Shown here piece by piece: positions 16,788 to 29,712 of a stretch of 64,000 nt of DNA (position 1 is its first letter; each line of letters opens with the position of its first letter). The DNA is from Klebsormidium nitens (Eukaryota; Plantae; Klebsormidiophyceae): NCBI GenBank assembly GCA_000708835.1, contig DF237038.1:152749-216748 (forward strand), given 5' to 3'. The position numbers and the translations under genes are program-made. The notes beneath the pieces are model-generated. The model did no database searches and was not told the DNA's origin. It was given only the letters and a program-made list of their open reading frames with translations.

Positions 16788-18182
16788 GCTGCTTTCTCAT
16801 TAGTTACGAAGTAAAGCCGTTTATCAGCAGCACGGCAGCCCTTTCGTGCAGCCAGGCTCTGGGAGCTGCGCGCACATGTGAAGATGCACGCATCAGCCTC
16901 GTTTTCTTTGTATTTTCACGTCTACCTTATCCATGTTTCCGTTATGTTGATCGCTCTGTTGTTTGGATGGCCGCCCACTCCTGTAGCTGTCAGAGGATTG
17001 CGCTTGAGGTGGCCTGCATGAGCCAGGGTCGTTGTATCAGCAGTGCACATCATACCGGGCTGCCCACCGAGAGCCTCTAGCACCTATACTCGTGCACAAC
17101 TGGAGCCTAGCCTAGCTGCGCTAGCTCAGATCTTAAGATTGATGCTATGAACTAATGGTGCAGGGTATCAGATACCTCATTGAGTGGCCTGGCAAATGAC
17201 AAATCAATGACTGAAGGAATCAGTTCTGATCGAGCACCAATTAGAATTGTATGCATGTTGTCGCAGATGCGTCAAGGTGCACTTTTCCTGTATAGTGTTC
17301 TTAAATGATTGAGTCTGGGCCTTTATTTGTGCAGGAACTAGTAATTGGCCTGGGGCCCTCGATGCTGTTCTCCTAGCTATATTTTCCACAAGGCAGCGAC
17401 GGTATTCCAAATTGACGTAGTGAATAGGCCTGAAAACCTACAAACAACAACATCACGAGATCATATAAAATCTTGCAATTCGGCATTCGTTGACATCATG
17501 GAAATAGCTGGCCGCCAGCCCATGACTAGTATAGCAATTGCACGCCTTCTTATCAAGCATAACAATCCAACAGGAAACATGTGCGTATGCAGCTTGTGTT
17601 TAGCATGATGGGACTAATCTCGTGATCACTTGCTGCATGCAGTCATAGTGTATGTGGTTAGCATCATTGCATTTTGAAGCTTGCGAGTGGTACAGAAAGA
17701 TCTGTAACAATGGGCGTTCTAGCAAGTGCTGTTTCACCCTCGAAAAAATAATGGGACGCACAAGTTGGCACTAATGGAAGAGCCCCAGATCGTGCGTGCG
17801 ACAATTCTCTCAAGTGGTGGTGTTTTGTCACATCACATGTCAGGATATCCAAAGCTTAGCCAGGACTCGACCACTGATGACTATCTCAGAACACTTGTAT
17901 CCATTGATCTGACTACATATGTGCAAATCCTGCTGTATTCAGCAGCTAAGCCGAATTGCTCATCGCCTTCACTTTCCTTCTCGTCCCACCTGACAACGAA
18001 GTGAATATTGCTTTCTGGTCGGAAAGACCTAGCTGCCGCCGGCAAAACCCAGATTCTTGCCAACTCCATGTCGCACGGGCCGACCAGCCTCTACGCCTGA
18101 TTAGCATCCAGAATCCTGATTAAGAGCAAACAAAAAGTAACGCATTTCAATCAAGCTAACCTATGACCATAACCTTTACACC

Positions 18183-18470
18183 TCATCGGGGGGCAGGCGT
18201 CGGCAGCGCCCCCGGGGCCTGCCCTGTCCCTAGCACTGCCTGGCTGCTCTCAAGCTGCTCCAGCTGCGCCTCCCTGTCCATCTCAATAATCAGCGGCACC
18301 CCCAGCACCAGAAAAGTCGTTCCCAAGATCCATGCAGCCTTGCCGGTGCTCCACAGAATCTTCTTCGTGACGTACACGGTGTTATCGAAGTACTGCTGGC
18401 CCTTCTGCGCCGTTGGTGACTTGGAGAGGCTGCCAAACCACGAGTCTTTTTGCCCGGCCGCTGGGGCCAT
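18183..18470 (-). CDS. TOM9: Mitochondrial import receptor TOM9 / plant-type TOM22; single coding exon, 95 aa
   Basis: MAPAAGQKDSWF...KKILWSTGKAAWILGTTFLVLGVPLIIEMDREAQ matches the plant TOM9 signature (STGKAAWIAGTTFLIL.VPLIIEMDRE). ATG at 18470. Confidence 0.93.
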   Translation of the reverse strand: MAPAAGQKDSWFGSLSKSPTAQKGQQYFDNTVYVTKKILWSTGKAAWILGTTFLVLGVPLIIEMDREAQLEQLESSQAVLGTGQAPGALPTPAPR

Positions 18471-19277
18471 TCTTGGATCACAGAAGAGGTCAAGGGCAGA
18501 ATATAAAACAGTAGTGTGCTTGTATGTAACGCCCGTCAGAATCTTCAAGAGCAACAGCTGCCTAGCTGCGTCCTTCCACCACGAGCACTATCAAGAGAGC
18601 GCCTGGACATTTGTGGAGACTGAGCAGTGAGCACTGTCCTCCTCCGGCCGTGAATCATGAACTCTGGCAGTGGAAGCGCAATCGAGGGAGATCTGCCACT
18701 CTAGCTGGTATATTTTGTTGGTCTCTACATTCGCCAGATATATAATTTCTTATATATTCAAGAGCATGCATAGAAAGTCGTCAAGGAGGATGCCGGCAGG
18801 CGGAACGCACAATTCTGAGATGGCCGAAACGCTGTCACAGCCGTCCGATCTTCACCTAATGAAGCCAGTCTGAGAGTGCACTTGGGCATTAGCTGCTAGC
18901 GACCAGGACCGGACTCTTAAGCTTGGGCCTCCTCTCTTGCGCCGGAGAGAACGAATCGTAGCCGTCAATTTGTTGACGTTGAGAGGATGGACGATGATGA
19001 CAGCCTGGTCGCTTGTCCCCCAGCCATTTCGAGATTGTGCGTTCCGCCTGGCCGGTTCCTTATCTTCCGAAGCCCTTGGTAACACCGTTACTACTGACGC
19101 CGTTGTTGTTCGGACCGTTCCCACACGCAGATATGGAAATTTTGGATTTGAAATGCGTGTTTTACCGGTAATACCGTGAATTGGTCTGGATGCAATCTAG
19201 ATAGAATTCAATTTTCACAGATCACAAAACTCTGGCCCTGGGCCTGGTTCAGGCGCGCCCCATGACACCAGATCTGC

Positions 19278-22200
19278 ATGCAGATTTTGGGCGCCAGAAT
19301 GGTGTCCCTTGTTGGCCGCTTTCGCCCCCAGCATTGGTGCCTGTGCTTCCTGTTGATTGCCTTGTGCATGCAGCGTGGGTTGTCAAGCTCTGAGCGTCCT
19401 TTGAGGCTTCGTTCTGCATTTCAAATGAGCGGTCACAAAAGCATCGGAGTTGTCAGCGCAAACTGCAGCGTGCCAAACTCTGCCGACGATTCAGCAGACG
19501 ACGAGAATGCAGGTTTTGACGGGGACGACGACGATGATGTCAGCTTAAAACCCGCCCGCCGAATGGGTGTGCAAGGGAATGAGAAGCTGGCCCCTGAAGA
19601 TGAATCAGAAGATGACAGCTGGAGAGTGGAAGGTACAGACTGGCAGGGAGACCTGGGGAGGTCGGTGGATCTACCCTGGCCAGGACATCACAAGCACCGG
19701 CATTTGCTGATTGGCGTGCTGACTCAGCCGTACTACAGCTGGAACATGACCAAACCTGATGCGGAGCACACCGGGCTGGACAAGCTGTTCATTGGTGCGT
19801 CATACGTGAGGTTGCTCGAGGCGGGAGGGGCGCAAGTGGTGCCAGTGTTTCATGACTCAACAGACGAGGAGTTTGAGAAGGTAAGTCAAGGGTTTGGTTA
19901 GTGTGCTTTGTACACTCGGTGGTTGATTGTGAATGCAGGCGCCATGTCTCTCTGTACCATGCTTGCGTAAGCCAATGAGTAGACATATGGGGTAGAGCTT
20001 GGCCTGACTCAGTTCTCCCCATCATGTACAAAGCATTGATGAGAGTGCATTTGAAATACGAATGAGCGCTAGTACGACTACGAATGAGCGCTAGTACCAG
20101 GAATAAAGTGGGCGCCAGCCAAGTTTGTCTTTGGATGGACCCTCCTGGTGGTGCGGCTTCATCCGTAGGTCTCTTGTTTCGCTCACTATCTTGATGTCAA
20201 GCATCGGACACGGTCTGTTAACTGGTGTTGCGAGCCATATCCGGACTGGATGTTTCTTAAGAAATCAGTCAAGCACGCACAAACAAATGACAGAAAGCTC
20301 GTCCATAGACTGTGCACTTCATGGTAGTCTCGATGCCCTCGGACTTGGTTTCTCAGGCAGCTTTCTGCCTGTGCAGGTCATGTCGCAGATCAACATGCTC
20401 GTGATACCAGGGGGCTTTGCCAGCCTCAAGAAAAGCAGCGAGTTCTACCAAGCGGGAAAGAAGCTCCTGGATGTAAGGCCTCCTCGGCACCATAAGGCTT
20501 CCGTTGTGCCGCCCCTATTTGTACGTGACTTATCTGACATCATACATCTGGAGAAGTGCGTGTCAAAGTTGAAGCTGCAATTGCTGTGCCTTGAATTGTC
20601 CGCAAATAGTTGAAGTTTCACCTCCTGGTTCAAGAGACTTAAGTGGTGGTATGTTAGGTTAAGCGACTCAGTTATAGAACGCGCAGGTCTGTGGTTGGCA
20701 GTCCCATCTGTCCCAGATAAACTGGCCTTATAGATAGCGGGACCTGATAGGTAGCAGAGCTTGTGCCGGTAGGGTTCTTCACGCTCATTCATCAACCGGC
20801 CCCATCAACCTCGTCGCCAAATTACCTTCTTTGATTTGCCAGATTCTGGTGTCACTTCTGATCAGGCTCATGAGCAGAGGCCAGCACCTCCGATCCTCTT
20901 TGTTTTTCAGCGGACATTAGGAGTCTTACGAACTCCTGTGTGTTCTGCAGACTATTTGACTTTTTGAAAACTCGGGATTGATTCGCCCTTTCGAAGCATC
21001 CGACTTTACGCTTCTTCTGTGCAGATTGCCATGAGGCTCAACGACGACGGTGACTTCTTTGCCGTCCACGGCATCTGCCTAGGGATGGAGCTCATGTTGA
21101 AAGCAGTTAGCGCGGTGAGGAACTTTTCTCGTACAATCAACCAGGCAGGAAATTGGGTTTGTGGACTCAAGTTATCCGCTCCTTCTCTTGATTGGTTCCC
21201 AGGGGACACCCAATCTCGACTTTGACTAATTTCCAGATTGCATCCTCGCACTGGTTGAAGCGACCAAATCGTTCTCGAAAATGTCTGTTGAAAAGCAACC
21301 ACTCAAGACACCAGTCTCAACAAAAGCACCTTTCAAGCAACATTGAGAGAGCCTATCGAGAGTTGCCGTGTTGAATCTGCGGATAAAGCTCAGATCGTCG
21401 AGGCGAGGGTACTTTCGATCTTCGGGTAGCTTCTGGGCCCTTTAAATAAACTCCTTCCCACGTAACTTCGAGCCTCCACCTACAATTGTCGTTTTGCAAA
21501 ACGTCCTGTCCTTTCGCTCAATTGTCAAATTTTGCCGGTCGGAGAATGCCGAACGAAGATGCCTGTTGAAAAAGAAGATTGCGCAGGCACAAAATTCCAA
21601 ATCGCAGACTGATGCTCGCTCTAGGCAGTGGTCAAGATGAAAGAATCCGCAACAGACTACTTAAAAGCTGCAGCGCACTTGCAAGATTGACTGATGTCAA
21701 AATCACATTTTTGAAGTCAATTGATCAAATTACCCTCTTTTTCACTGTAGAAACACAAGATACTGCGGCGGGTCAACGCCACCGCTGCGCCAGCAACCTT
21801 GTTCTTCCCCTACCGGTCGGCCAGGAGGAAAGCCATGTTTGCCTGGTGAGCGCTTAAACTCTCGTCCCCGTCCATTATGAAGCGAAGACAGTGACGTCAG
21901 CCAACGTCATCACGCCGCTCACGGCCGTGTGCGTGCCCCTTAACCTTGTGATTCACACTCTGTGCTGCCAACCTGTACCTGGCTATGATTTTTGTGCAGC
22001 GTTTTGCGGACAGCGTTTTGCGTGTTCCAGCCGTTTGGTGTCTTTTCACCAGGTCACCAACTGTGGATCTGCGATGCATTCGACGGTGACTCATGCGTTG
22101 GGAAAGACTGCGGTCGTGTTTCATGAGCAGAAGCCCGGTCTGGTCTCTCTTCCGCATGAAATTGGATGTTATGCCTAGCCCGATTCTCGTTCTGACTTTC

Positions 22201-25030
22201 TCGCGAAGCAAGCGAATGAAGGAGCATTCCTTAGTGGCAGATCCAGGCCTGTGCGTACTGGTCGATTGAGTGGCCCATCACATCTTCAGATAAAGACTTT
22301 TTTTCCCCCAAAGCTTCCGGGGGACTTTCGCCAATCTGGACCGTCCGTTGTGTCCAGCATGAGCTCATCTGCACCGTCCGTCTGTCCGCAGGTTGAGCGA
22401 TGAGTTGATAGAGCGGATAAAGCAAGTCCCGGTCGCTATGGAGAACCACCACGTAAGTCGAGTCTGTCCGGAGATTGTTTCATGAATCGAACTGCATGGA
22501 GCTTGGTCGGACTTCGTGACTCAAAAAAGAACGGCCTGATTGTTTCGATGACTTTCAGGGCCCAGAACCAGACTTGCGTATCAACTGAAACTGATGCATA
22601 TGCAAACGCGCTATAAAAGCGTCCGCAAGAGCGTTTGCAGCTACATCAAAAACGACACTCGAGACAGGAGTTCTTCGGCCTCTGACGGCAGGATATGACG
22701 TCAGCCATTGAAGGTGATTAGTTTTTCCCGGAGCTTTTAGCTGAATAGCCGCCGCACTCTATTACTGTGCAGTTTGGGCTGAACCCTGACCGCTTCGACG
22801 AGAACGAAGACATCTCCAATTTCTACGAGATGCTGACGACATCGCCCGACAAAGAGGGAACGGTGAGACTGCGTTTGTCGCCCTGTCGAAAGCCTTTGTA
22901 CAATCCAGACTGCACCAGGAAGCAAGCGAAAACGTTCGAGGCAGGCTCAGAAGTTTGCGGTGCAGCACAGTGTAGCCTGAAAGAAACGATGTGCGAGCCA
23001 AACAGGGTGCCTCCTACTCCCTTTCTCTTTTCCAAAGCGACAAAGGTCACGCAGGGTTTCTCAAGGGATGTTCAGAGGTTTGTAGGCGTTGTTCAGATAC
23101 GGGTTACTTCCACCCTCCCCGTGCTCGGTCAGAAAGCACCTGACTAGAAGTAACCCGGGTTACTGGTTAGGAGACACCTAACCCCCGACTCACATCCCAC
23201 GGACTATGGTCGGTGCCCCCCACCTTCAAGAACCTCTTCCGTCAGAATCTCCCGTCGCAAGCCTGCAGAATTCGCCCGACGATTCTGCCGCTTGTTACCC
23301 CCACAAAGTGTGTGCTACTGACCATTGTGACGTACCCTGCCTGCAGCATTACGTCAGCACCATCCAGGCTACCAGTTACCCCTTCACTGGGACACAGTGG
23401 CATCCAGAGGTAAGTGCTTCCGAATGCTCGACGCGTTTGGCGCCTTCAAAATTCTCTGAACCCCGAAACTTTGAGGGCCGCCTGAAGTCGAAACCCATCT
23501 CTTGACCCGCTTTCGCCTGTATCGCAACAAGAACTGGCTTCCGGTTGCGAAGAGATTGACTTGGTAGTAAAGGGTTTCTCATGGATTTCAGACTGGCCTT
23601 CACTATCACGCGCAAAATGTTGGAACGCTCTTATTTCGACGCGGATTTCCCTGTCATTCGGGACTCCGAACTTATTGAGAGCGAGTGTACCGACAACGAT
23701 GTGCTCATCAGGTTTAGTTTGGACGTCAAGCCGATCCGACGCTCGCATTGACCAGCCTCGTCTGTGTGTCCCGCTGCAGAAGTCTGCTTACGAATGGTAC
23801 AGCACTTACCACGTGCCGCACTCTTTGGACGCGATCCAATTGATGCAAGCGACCGCCAACTTCATCGTCAGGTATCTCCTTCACCTCCTCGTTCTCCATT
23901 TCCTCGTCGTTCTTCCTGCTTGTAGTTGGCTCCTTCCTTCCTCTTGCTGCCTTCCCTCCAGCTACCTTGTCTTTTAGCTCCTCCTTCCGTTCTCCGGCTT
24001 GCTTCTTTGTCGTTCACTTTCTTCGTCCGCATCGAATCTTCCTGGCTTGAAGCAACTTCAGTTCGTGTCGACATCACAGATGAACGCCCCGTTCCTCTTT
24101 TGAGTGCTCCACGTGGAAATTTGCCTTGCAGAGGTTTTACAAGAAACGTCAACCATTAGAATCTGCGTTGGCCTTGCGGACTATTTACAAGTAACTTCGG
24201 CCATCAGAGTCTGCCTTGAAACTACACTGATTGAACGGTGCGACACCACGAGCTGTGCAGCGCAAGTTGTTCGTTTCGTGGCGATTATAACGATCAGAAT
24301 TATAACCTCCGATGCTCATGCGTTTTTGTGTTCTTCCCCAGCCAAGCGCGCAGGAACGACCATCGGCTCCCGTGTTGGGACGACGAGCGGAAGCTCTTGA
24401 TCTACAACTATCCATTGCTCTTTGGAAGTCGGCAAAGGTAAGCTTCCTGGTTGGTCTGGAATCTTTCCGTCGTTTTTCTTAGTCGACGTGTTAGTAAGCT
24501 CTTGGTATCACTCGATGCCGCGCGCCCAATTATGCCAGTCATTGTTTTTCATGGGGCTCTCATTCAGCTATGCACAGCAGATTCGGAGCACACGATTATA
24601 GAGTTGGATCCTACGGAGACAACTGTTCCTCTTATCGCCACCGTCACAGCTGCATTTGGCTGACCGGAGTTCAATAGACGCAGCGATATTTGCGAGTGCC
24701 CTTCAGTGCGTAGGTGCTTTGGTGCCGTTTGCTCTGAAAATAATCAAAACAGTGTCGCTCCCATTTTGGGCTCTTGGTTCTTGTATCCACTTCTTCTGCA
24801 AAAATGTGCGTGAGGCGATAGCTGTTTACTCCAACGAAGACAACGTTTGCCTTAATTGGATTCGAAGTGATGACAAGTAAGTTATCCTTGCCTCCTAGTG
24901 AAGACGCGTTGGAGCCGAAGCGTCTGACTCACCTGCTTGCAGGCACTCAGTATACGACCAGTATTACATCGTCCCCGCACGAGCGGAGAGGCAAGCGTTG
25001 GCGCAGGGGGAGCAAGCGGCGACCATCTAG
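19278..25030 (+). CDS. GGH: Gamma-glutamyl hydrolase (peptidase C26, folylpolyglutamate hydrolase); 10 exons, ~457 aa
   Basis: join(19278-19880, 20377-20472, 21025-21114, 21751-21845, 22392-22452, 22773-22862, 23347-23409, 23780-23871, 24342-24437, 24943-25030) = 1374 nt, in frame. Motifs: IGVLTQP, FIGASYVRLLEAGGAQVVP, IPGG, catalytic Cys in GICLGME, MENHH, catalytic His in QWHPE, LIYNYP. N-terminal hydrophobic signal-like segment. Confidence 0.92.
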
Positions 25031-26324
25031 TTGCAGGTTTAGGGACCCTTCTAAACATAATGTGGTCGAAGCAATGGTTTCCGAGAGGTCAGTTTGAGAG
25101 TAGTGTATATTCTGGGTAGCTTTGCTTCTTAGAGAGGACCTGTGTGTTTGTCGTGCAAGAGCCGATGAAAGGCAGCATAAAGTGCACAGAGAAGGAAAAC
25201 AAGCGTGATTCCGGAGCGCCGGGTTTGATCCTAGGTTTGGTAGATAGTCATGAGAGAATCGCAAAAACAGATTGTTACTTCGTGAGAGGTCCGAAGAGCG
25301 GGACTAGGTGCAGGTGCAGGCAGGTCGGAGTTGCAGTTGAGTGTAGGTTGAGCACGTAGTTGTAGCTTGCAATGCCTCGTTTTGTGTGATTCTTCTAAGA
25401 CAAGGTTGGGTGCTTAGTCATCGGGTAAGCTACCGCCTAAAAAAGCTTGTACATCAACGTTGACACATCTCAGCATGGTCACTGCCCGTTTTCCGAAGCT
25501 TACACATGAGAAGGACGACCGTCACTGAGTCACTGAGTTGACCGCTGAAGTTAACTTGCAGAATTCTTGCATTGGCTTATCGTCAATTGTCAAGGGCCGC
25601 TGAGCACCTCAAAAGTTACTAGGCCAGAATAGCGTGGCCTACTAGAGGTCTAGTCGACCCTACTATAGGCAATGCCTGGCCGGGCCCTACAACTGTTGGG
25701 GTCACTCCTTGTATTATGACACGTATCACATGTTCGTGTGTGATACCAATCATACTACAACTGACCTTCCGACTGCAGTGCGTTGAGCCTAAGTCCCCAT
25801 CCTATCAAAAGCTTGTCATTTGCACAGGACGGCTGGCAAACGAGTCCGTTTGGAAACAATTATACGCATGCACGGTTGTACATCGATTGACATCGTTAAC
25901 GCACATGCGCTGACCATGTAAAAACCGTTCTGCAGAAGTCGTACCCATCGACTCGTCTTGACACGATGGGGTTATGCTGAGCTAAAATGAAGCGGAAAAT
26001 TTGACTTGGAGTGGCAAGGGCAAACATGCATCAGAGCTCTTGAGCCCAATCAGTATGAGCTGTTTGTCGATCTGGCCGAATGCAACCTGAATGCAACCAG
26101 TCCTTGTTAACGGAACGTCACTCGACCACAACAAGATACAAGCATGAGACGCTGCCTTTCACTTTCATAAGTCTAGTGACACGAGTCATTGGGGCTCACT
26201 TTCCTCAAGGTGTCTCCAGCGATTTCAAGGCACAAAAGTGAACTACGTTGGAGCAAGAGCACGGAATAGCATGTACTAAGCTCTATTGTGACCCCAGAAA
26301 GAAACGAAATCGAAAGTACTGGCC

Positions 26325-28005
26325 TCAACTCAGGACATCAGGCGACCGCACCTTAAATGTGATGAGGTAAGTAGGATACGCCTGGAAATCCTTGAACACC
26401 ACAAAGATGCTCGGATTCACCGGTTCATCCACGACAGAGTCGTACCGCGACGCGGCCGCGGCCATCGTCGTTTCCTCTAACGGCCTTTCGCCCTTTCGGG
26501 GGGGCTCTTTCATGCCAAAATAGCCCCCTGTGAATTCTCCAACTAGGACTTGGGCCAGAAACATGCAGTATGTTTCGTTAGCCTTCAATATTTTCGGGAA
26601 GCACGAGAAGGGCACCGCGAAGGAAGAGTCTCGCGCAAAATATGTGCCGTCGCCGTAAGCAGCCGCATTCTTTCCTGAAGCGGGAGACGGAGGAGCGTCA
26701 GCCGCATATTGCTTACTGAGGTATCGAAACGATGATAACCGTTTGAAATGGATCCCTTTTTCAAATTCTTGAAGAGCTTTTCATACAGAGCTGTGCGGTT
26801 TCTGATCATCTCGGGGAGTCTTGGAACTACTGATCGCTTCTGAGGATCATCTGAAGTGATGTAGTCTGCTCTGGCAGCCCGTCGTTTAAATTCTGAAAAC
26901 TGCTGTGCCATTTTATGGCGTGAATAATAACACCAGCAATCCTCGCAGACGAGAAATTTTGACGGACTTCTCGTACATGAAACATCCTTTTTTGAATCAT
27001 TCTCGAAACGTTGTAAGAAAGTAGGAGCAAACTGACAGGGGACTCGTGCACATGACAATCATCAGAGAACAATTCAGCACCACAGTACATTCTGACATGT
27101 CTGGCTATATGTAATCAAGGCTTACCAGCATAGGAGCGGTTGAACCCGTTAGCACAAATTGCCTTCGCGTGCTCCTTCGGCGTTCCATGAAAGAGCCACT
27201 TCTCGTTCTTGATTGTCGCCTTGTGCAGCGAGTGATGACGCCACAGCCACTCATTCTCCACTCGCTGAACGCCAATCAATGTGAACGCCTTACTATCGCT
27301 CGTCTTGTGAAACTCGTCGAGGTAGAAGAACCATTCCTCTGAGCCTTCAGCCGGGAGTGCGACGAGCTTCAGTCCTGCTCCATCTCCACCAATTCTCCTT
27401 CCCCAGGTCGATGGGAAGCAGAAATTACTAGCATCTCTTTGTTTCTGTTCGCTTTTACTTTGATCCTCAAGGACGGCGAGATCCTCCGACGAAGCCTCGA
27501 GTCTGCGCTCCAGCTCTTCTCGAGCGAATTGACGGATGATCTTGTTATGGACCTCTTGAGTGTTTCCCAAGATCGTCACTTTGCTCTCCTTCGCCCCACA
27601 AGCAGGGGGCTGCACAACAATGGAGACTCCATGCTCCTCCTCAAGCCTCTCGACAAGGTTTTCGCCCCCTGCTGAAAAGACAGAAGAGTCCACCCATTTA
27701 TCTGTACGAAACCCCTCAGACCTGAGTGCGTCTCGTATCAGAAAGACCTTGGCTTGACAAGACCGCAGCTTTTGTGCATTTGCAAGCCCTTCGAACCGCT
27801 CCTCGAATCTTTTCTGCAAAGAGGGAGATCTGCATTGCGTAGCAGGAGTTGCGCGCATGTCTTCAGTCTTCCCCTTTCTTGTCTTTGTTCTGCTGAGAAA
27901 CTGGCGGCTAAAGATGGCCACTATGCCTGCAGTGAGCAGCCCAACTCCTTTCAGTAGAACCTTGAAGTCGTCTTGATCAGAGAAGTAGGTCAGCTGGCCA
28001 GCCAT
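26325..28005 (-). CDS. PARP-family ADP-ribosyltransferase, PARP14/15-like mono-ART (H-Y-I triad), with N-terminal hydrophobic anchor and KH-like domain; 2 exons, 409 aa
   Basis: complement(join 28005-27126, 26674-26325) = 1230 nt. Motifs: WLFHGT, GFNRSYAGKNAAAYGDGTYFA, MFLAQVLVGEFTGG, YDSVVD...PSIFVVFKDFQAYPTYLITF. Confidence 0.9.
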
Positions 28006-29499
28006 GTTTCTGCTTTCGTTGACCTCCTCGCAAGCTCGATCTTGAAATACAGAGGTTTTGAAAAACCCTTTGTGGATGTGCTCCGCAGCAGGAGTATCAG
28101 GCTGATCCCTCGAGAAAAGTTAAGAGCTTCGCGATCAAATGGTCCAAGCCTTAAGGGGTCTCGCTTGCCGGTGCATGCTTGAGCCAATGACTATGGCTGT
28201 AAAACTCGAATGAGCCCGCAATACTTGAAACATTTACTGCCGTCTTGCTATTCCTTGTCTTTCTACCTCTCAAACGAGTAACGAATACGGCTTGCAGGAG
28301 ATCTTGTGTCTCACAGTCAGGGTCGTCACAAGTTATCAGAGAGACGATGTCCATTTGCAGTGTTACTTTTTGCAGTTTCTGCCTGAGGGCACAATTCAGA
28401 ACGTTTGCAGCCCAATTGTGACAAATATACTGCAGGTAAAGCTTTCGCTTAGACGCGTGCTGCGTCGAGCACAAGACAAGACTACAAAGCGAAGGACGTG
28501 ACTATACAGTGAAACTTTGGATACAACAGGAAAAGTTTGCGATGCTCCTAAAATGGAGAGGCGGCTAGGATGGGTTGATGAAACGTCTTATGATGTGACC
28601 ACGCTGACTAGTCTCTGTGGCTAAGGTCGTTACAGTTCAATGAGGACAACGACCGAACGAAATCCAGCCATGCAATAAAGTTGTTGGCAGCCATGGCGCC
28701 TGGGACGGCCTACTCAGTCGGTTCTGCATATGAACGCGTGCCTGTGACGCAGATTACGTACATGGAGAAGAGCTGCCAGACGTTCTCATGCAACGTAGCC
28801 AATTTATCATCCGTTGGTCCTATCATTGAATCGGACCTGAACTGTTAGCGTTAGGACATGCTGGACCGCATGATGCAAAGAGGTAACCAGGTTCATATCC
28901 CCACACGCGCCAATCTTTGACCACGATTTGGTTGTTGGTGCTCATAAATTACTGAGCCGCCTGCATTTCAATCTTGAATCCTTGCATGTAAGTTGATATT
29001 GCAATCCCACCAATTCTGGATGAGAGGCCAGTGAGTGGCGGAGACTTCGGCATGTTCCCGCCCTATATCGCTCGTGGAAACGCTCATATATGCCATGACC
29101 ATGTTTCTGTCATCAGTGCGGCTCATGCTATATGATTGCAAATTCCCGATAGGTCTGCACAGACTCTGGTCTCGACGTTGAACTGTTCGGGAGTGACAGC
29201 TTGATTTGAGAACTGATTGTACAACTTCCGAGTTTGTTGCTACTTAGAAATACGTCAGATTGTGTCGCCCGTCTCCGTCTTTCCTATGGTCAAAGCTGGA
29301 CCTTCGGAAGCATGAAACCCCCTAGAGCAAGTTGATTTCTGGACGCTTTAGCAGCTTTGATTAGTGCGCCTCTCCGCTGGTTAAGACCAATCCAAAAATC
29401 TTCCCTCTTCCGCCTACCTTTCTACAGCGCTGGCGAGAGATGACTCCGGAACACTCATTCAGTTCACGTTCCTCAAAACGTCTCTTGCTTCAAAGGGAC

Positions 29500-29712
29500 T
29501 TAAGCTTCACCCGACATATTTATTCCCTGCTTCCGCTTCTCCTTTACTAATTTCTTCTTTGACACCGGCTTCTTTTTTCTGGGGGGAGCAATCTTCTGAT
29601 AGTAACTAAACAGGAAGTAGTTTCCAACAACGAAGAAAAGCAGCACCGCTGTCACAACAATCAAGACGATAACCCCTGGGCTCAGTCCTTGTTGTTTCTG
29701 CCGGAGAAGAGC
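29500..29712 (-). CDS. S1FA: S1FA-family small membrane/DNA-binding protein, last coding exon (first exon not located)
   Basis: After acceptor ctccgcag (29714-29713) the frame reads ALLRQKQQGLSPGVIVLIVVTAVLLFFVVGNYFLFSYYQKIAPPRKKKPVSKKKLVKEKRKQGINMSGEA*, the S1FA pattern (GLNPG, TM, N, Y, PPRKKKPVSKKK, KQG, GE). Absent from the ORF track because the exon has no early start codon. Confidence 0.88.
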   Translation of the reverse strand, partial: ALLRQKQQGLSPGVIVLIVVTAVLLFFVVGNYFLFSYYQKIAPPRKKKPVSKKKLVKEKRKQGINMSGEA

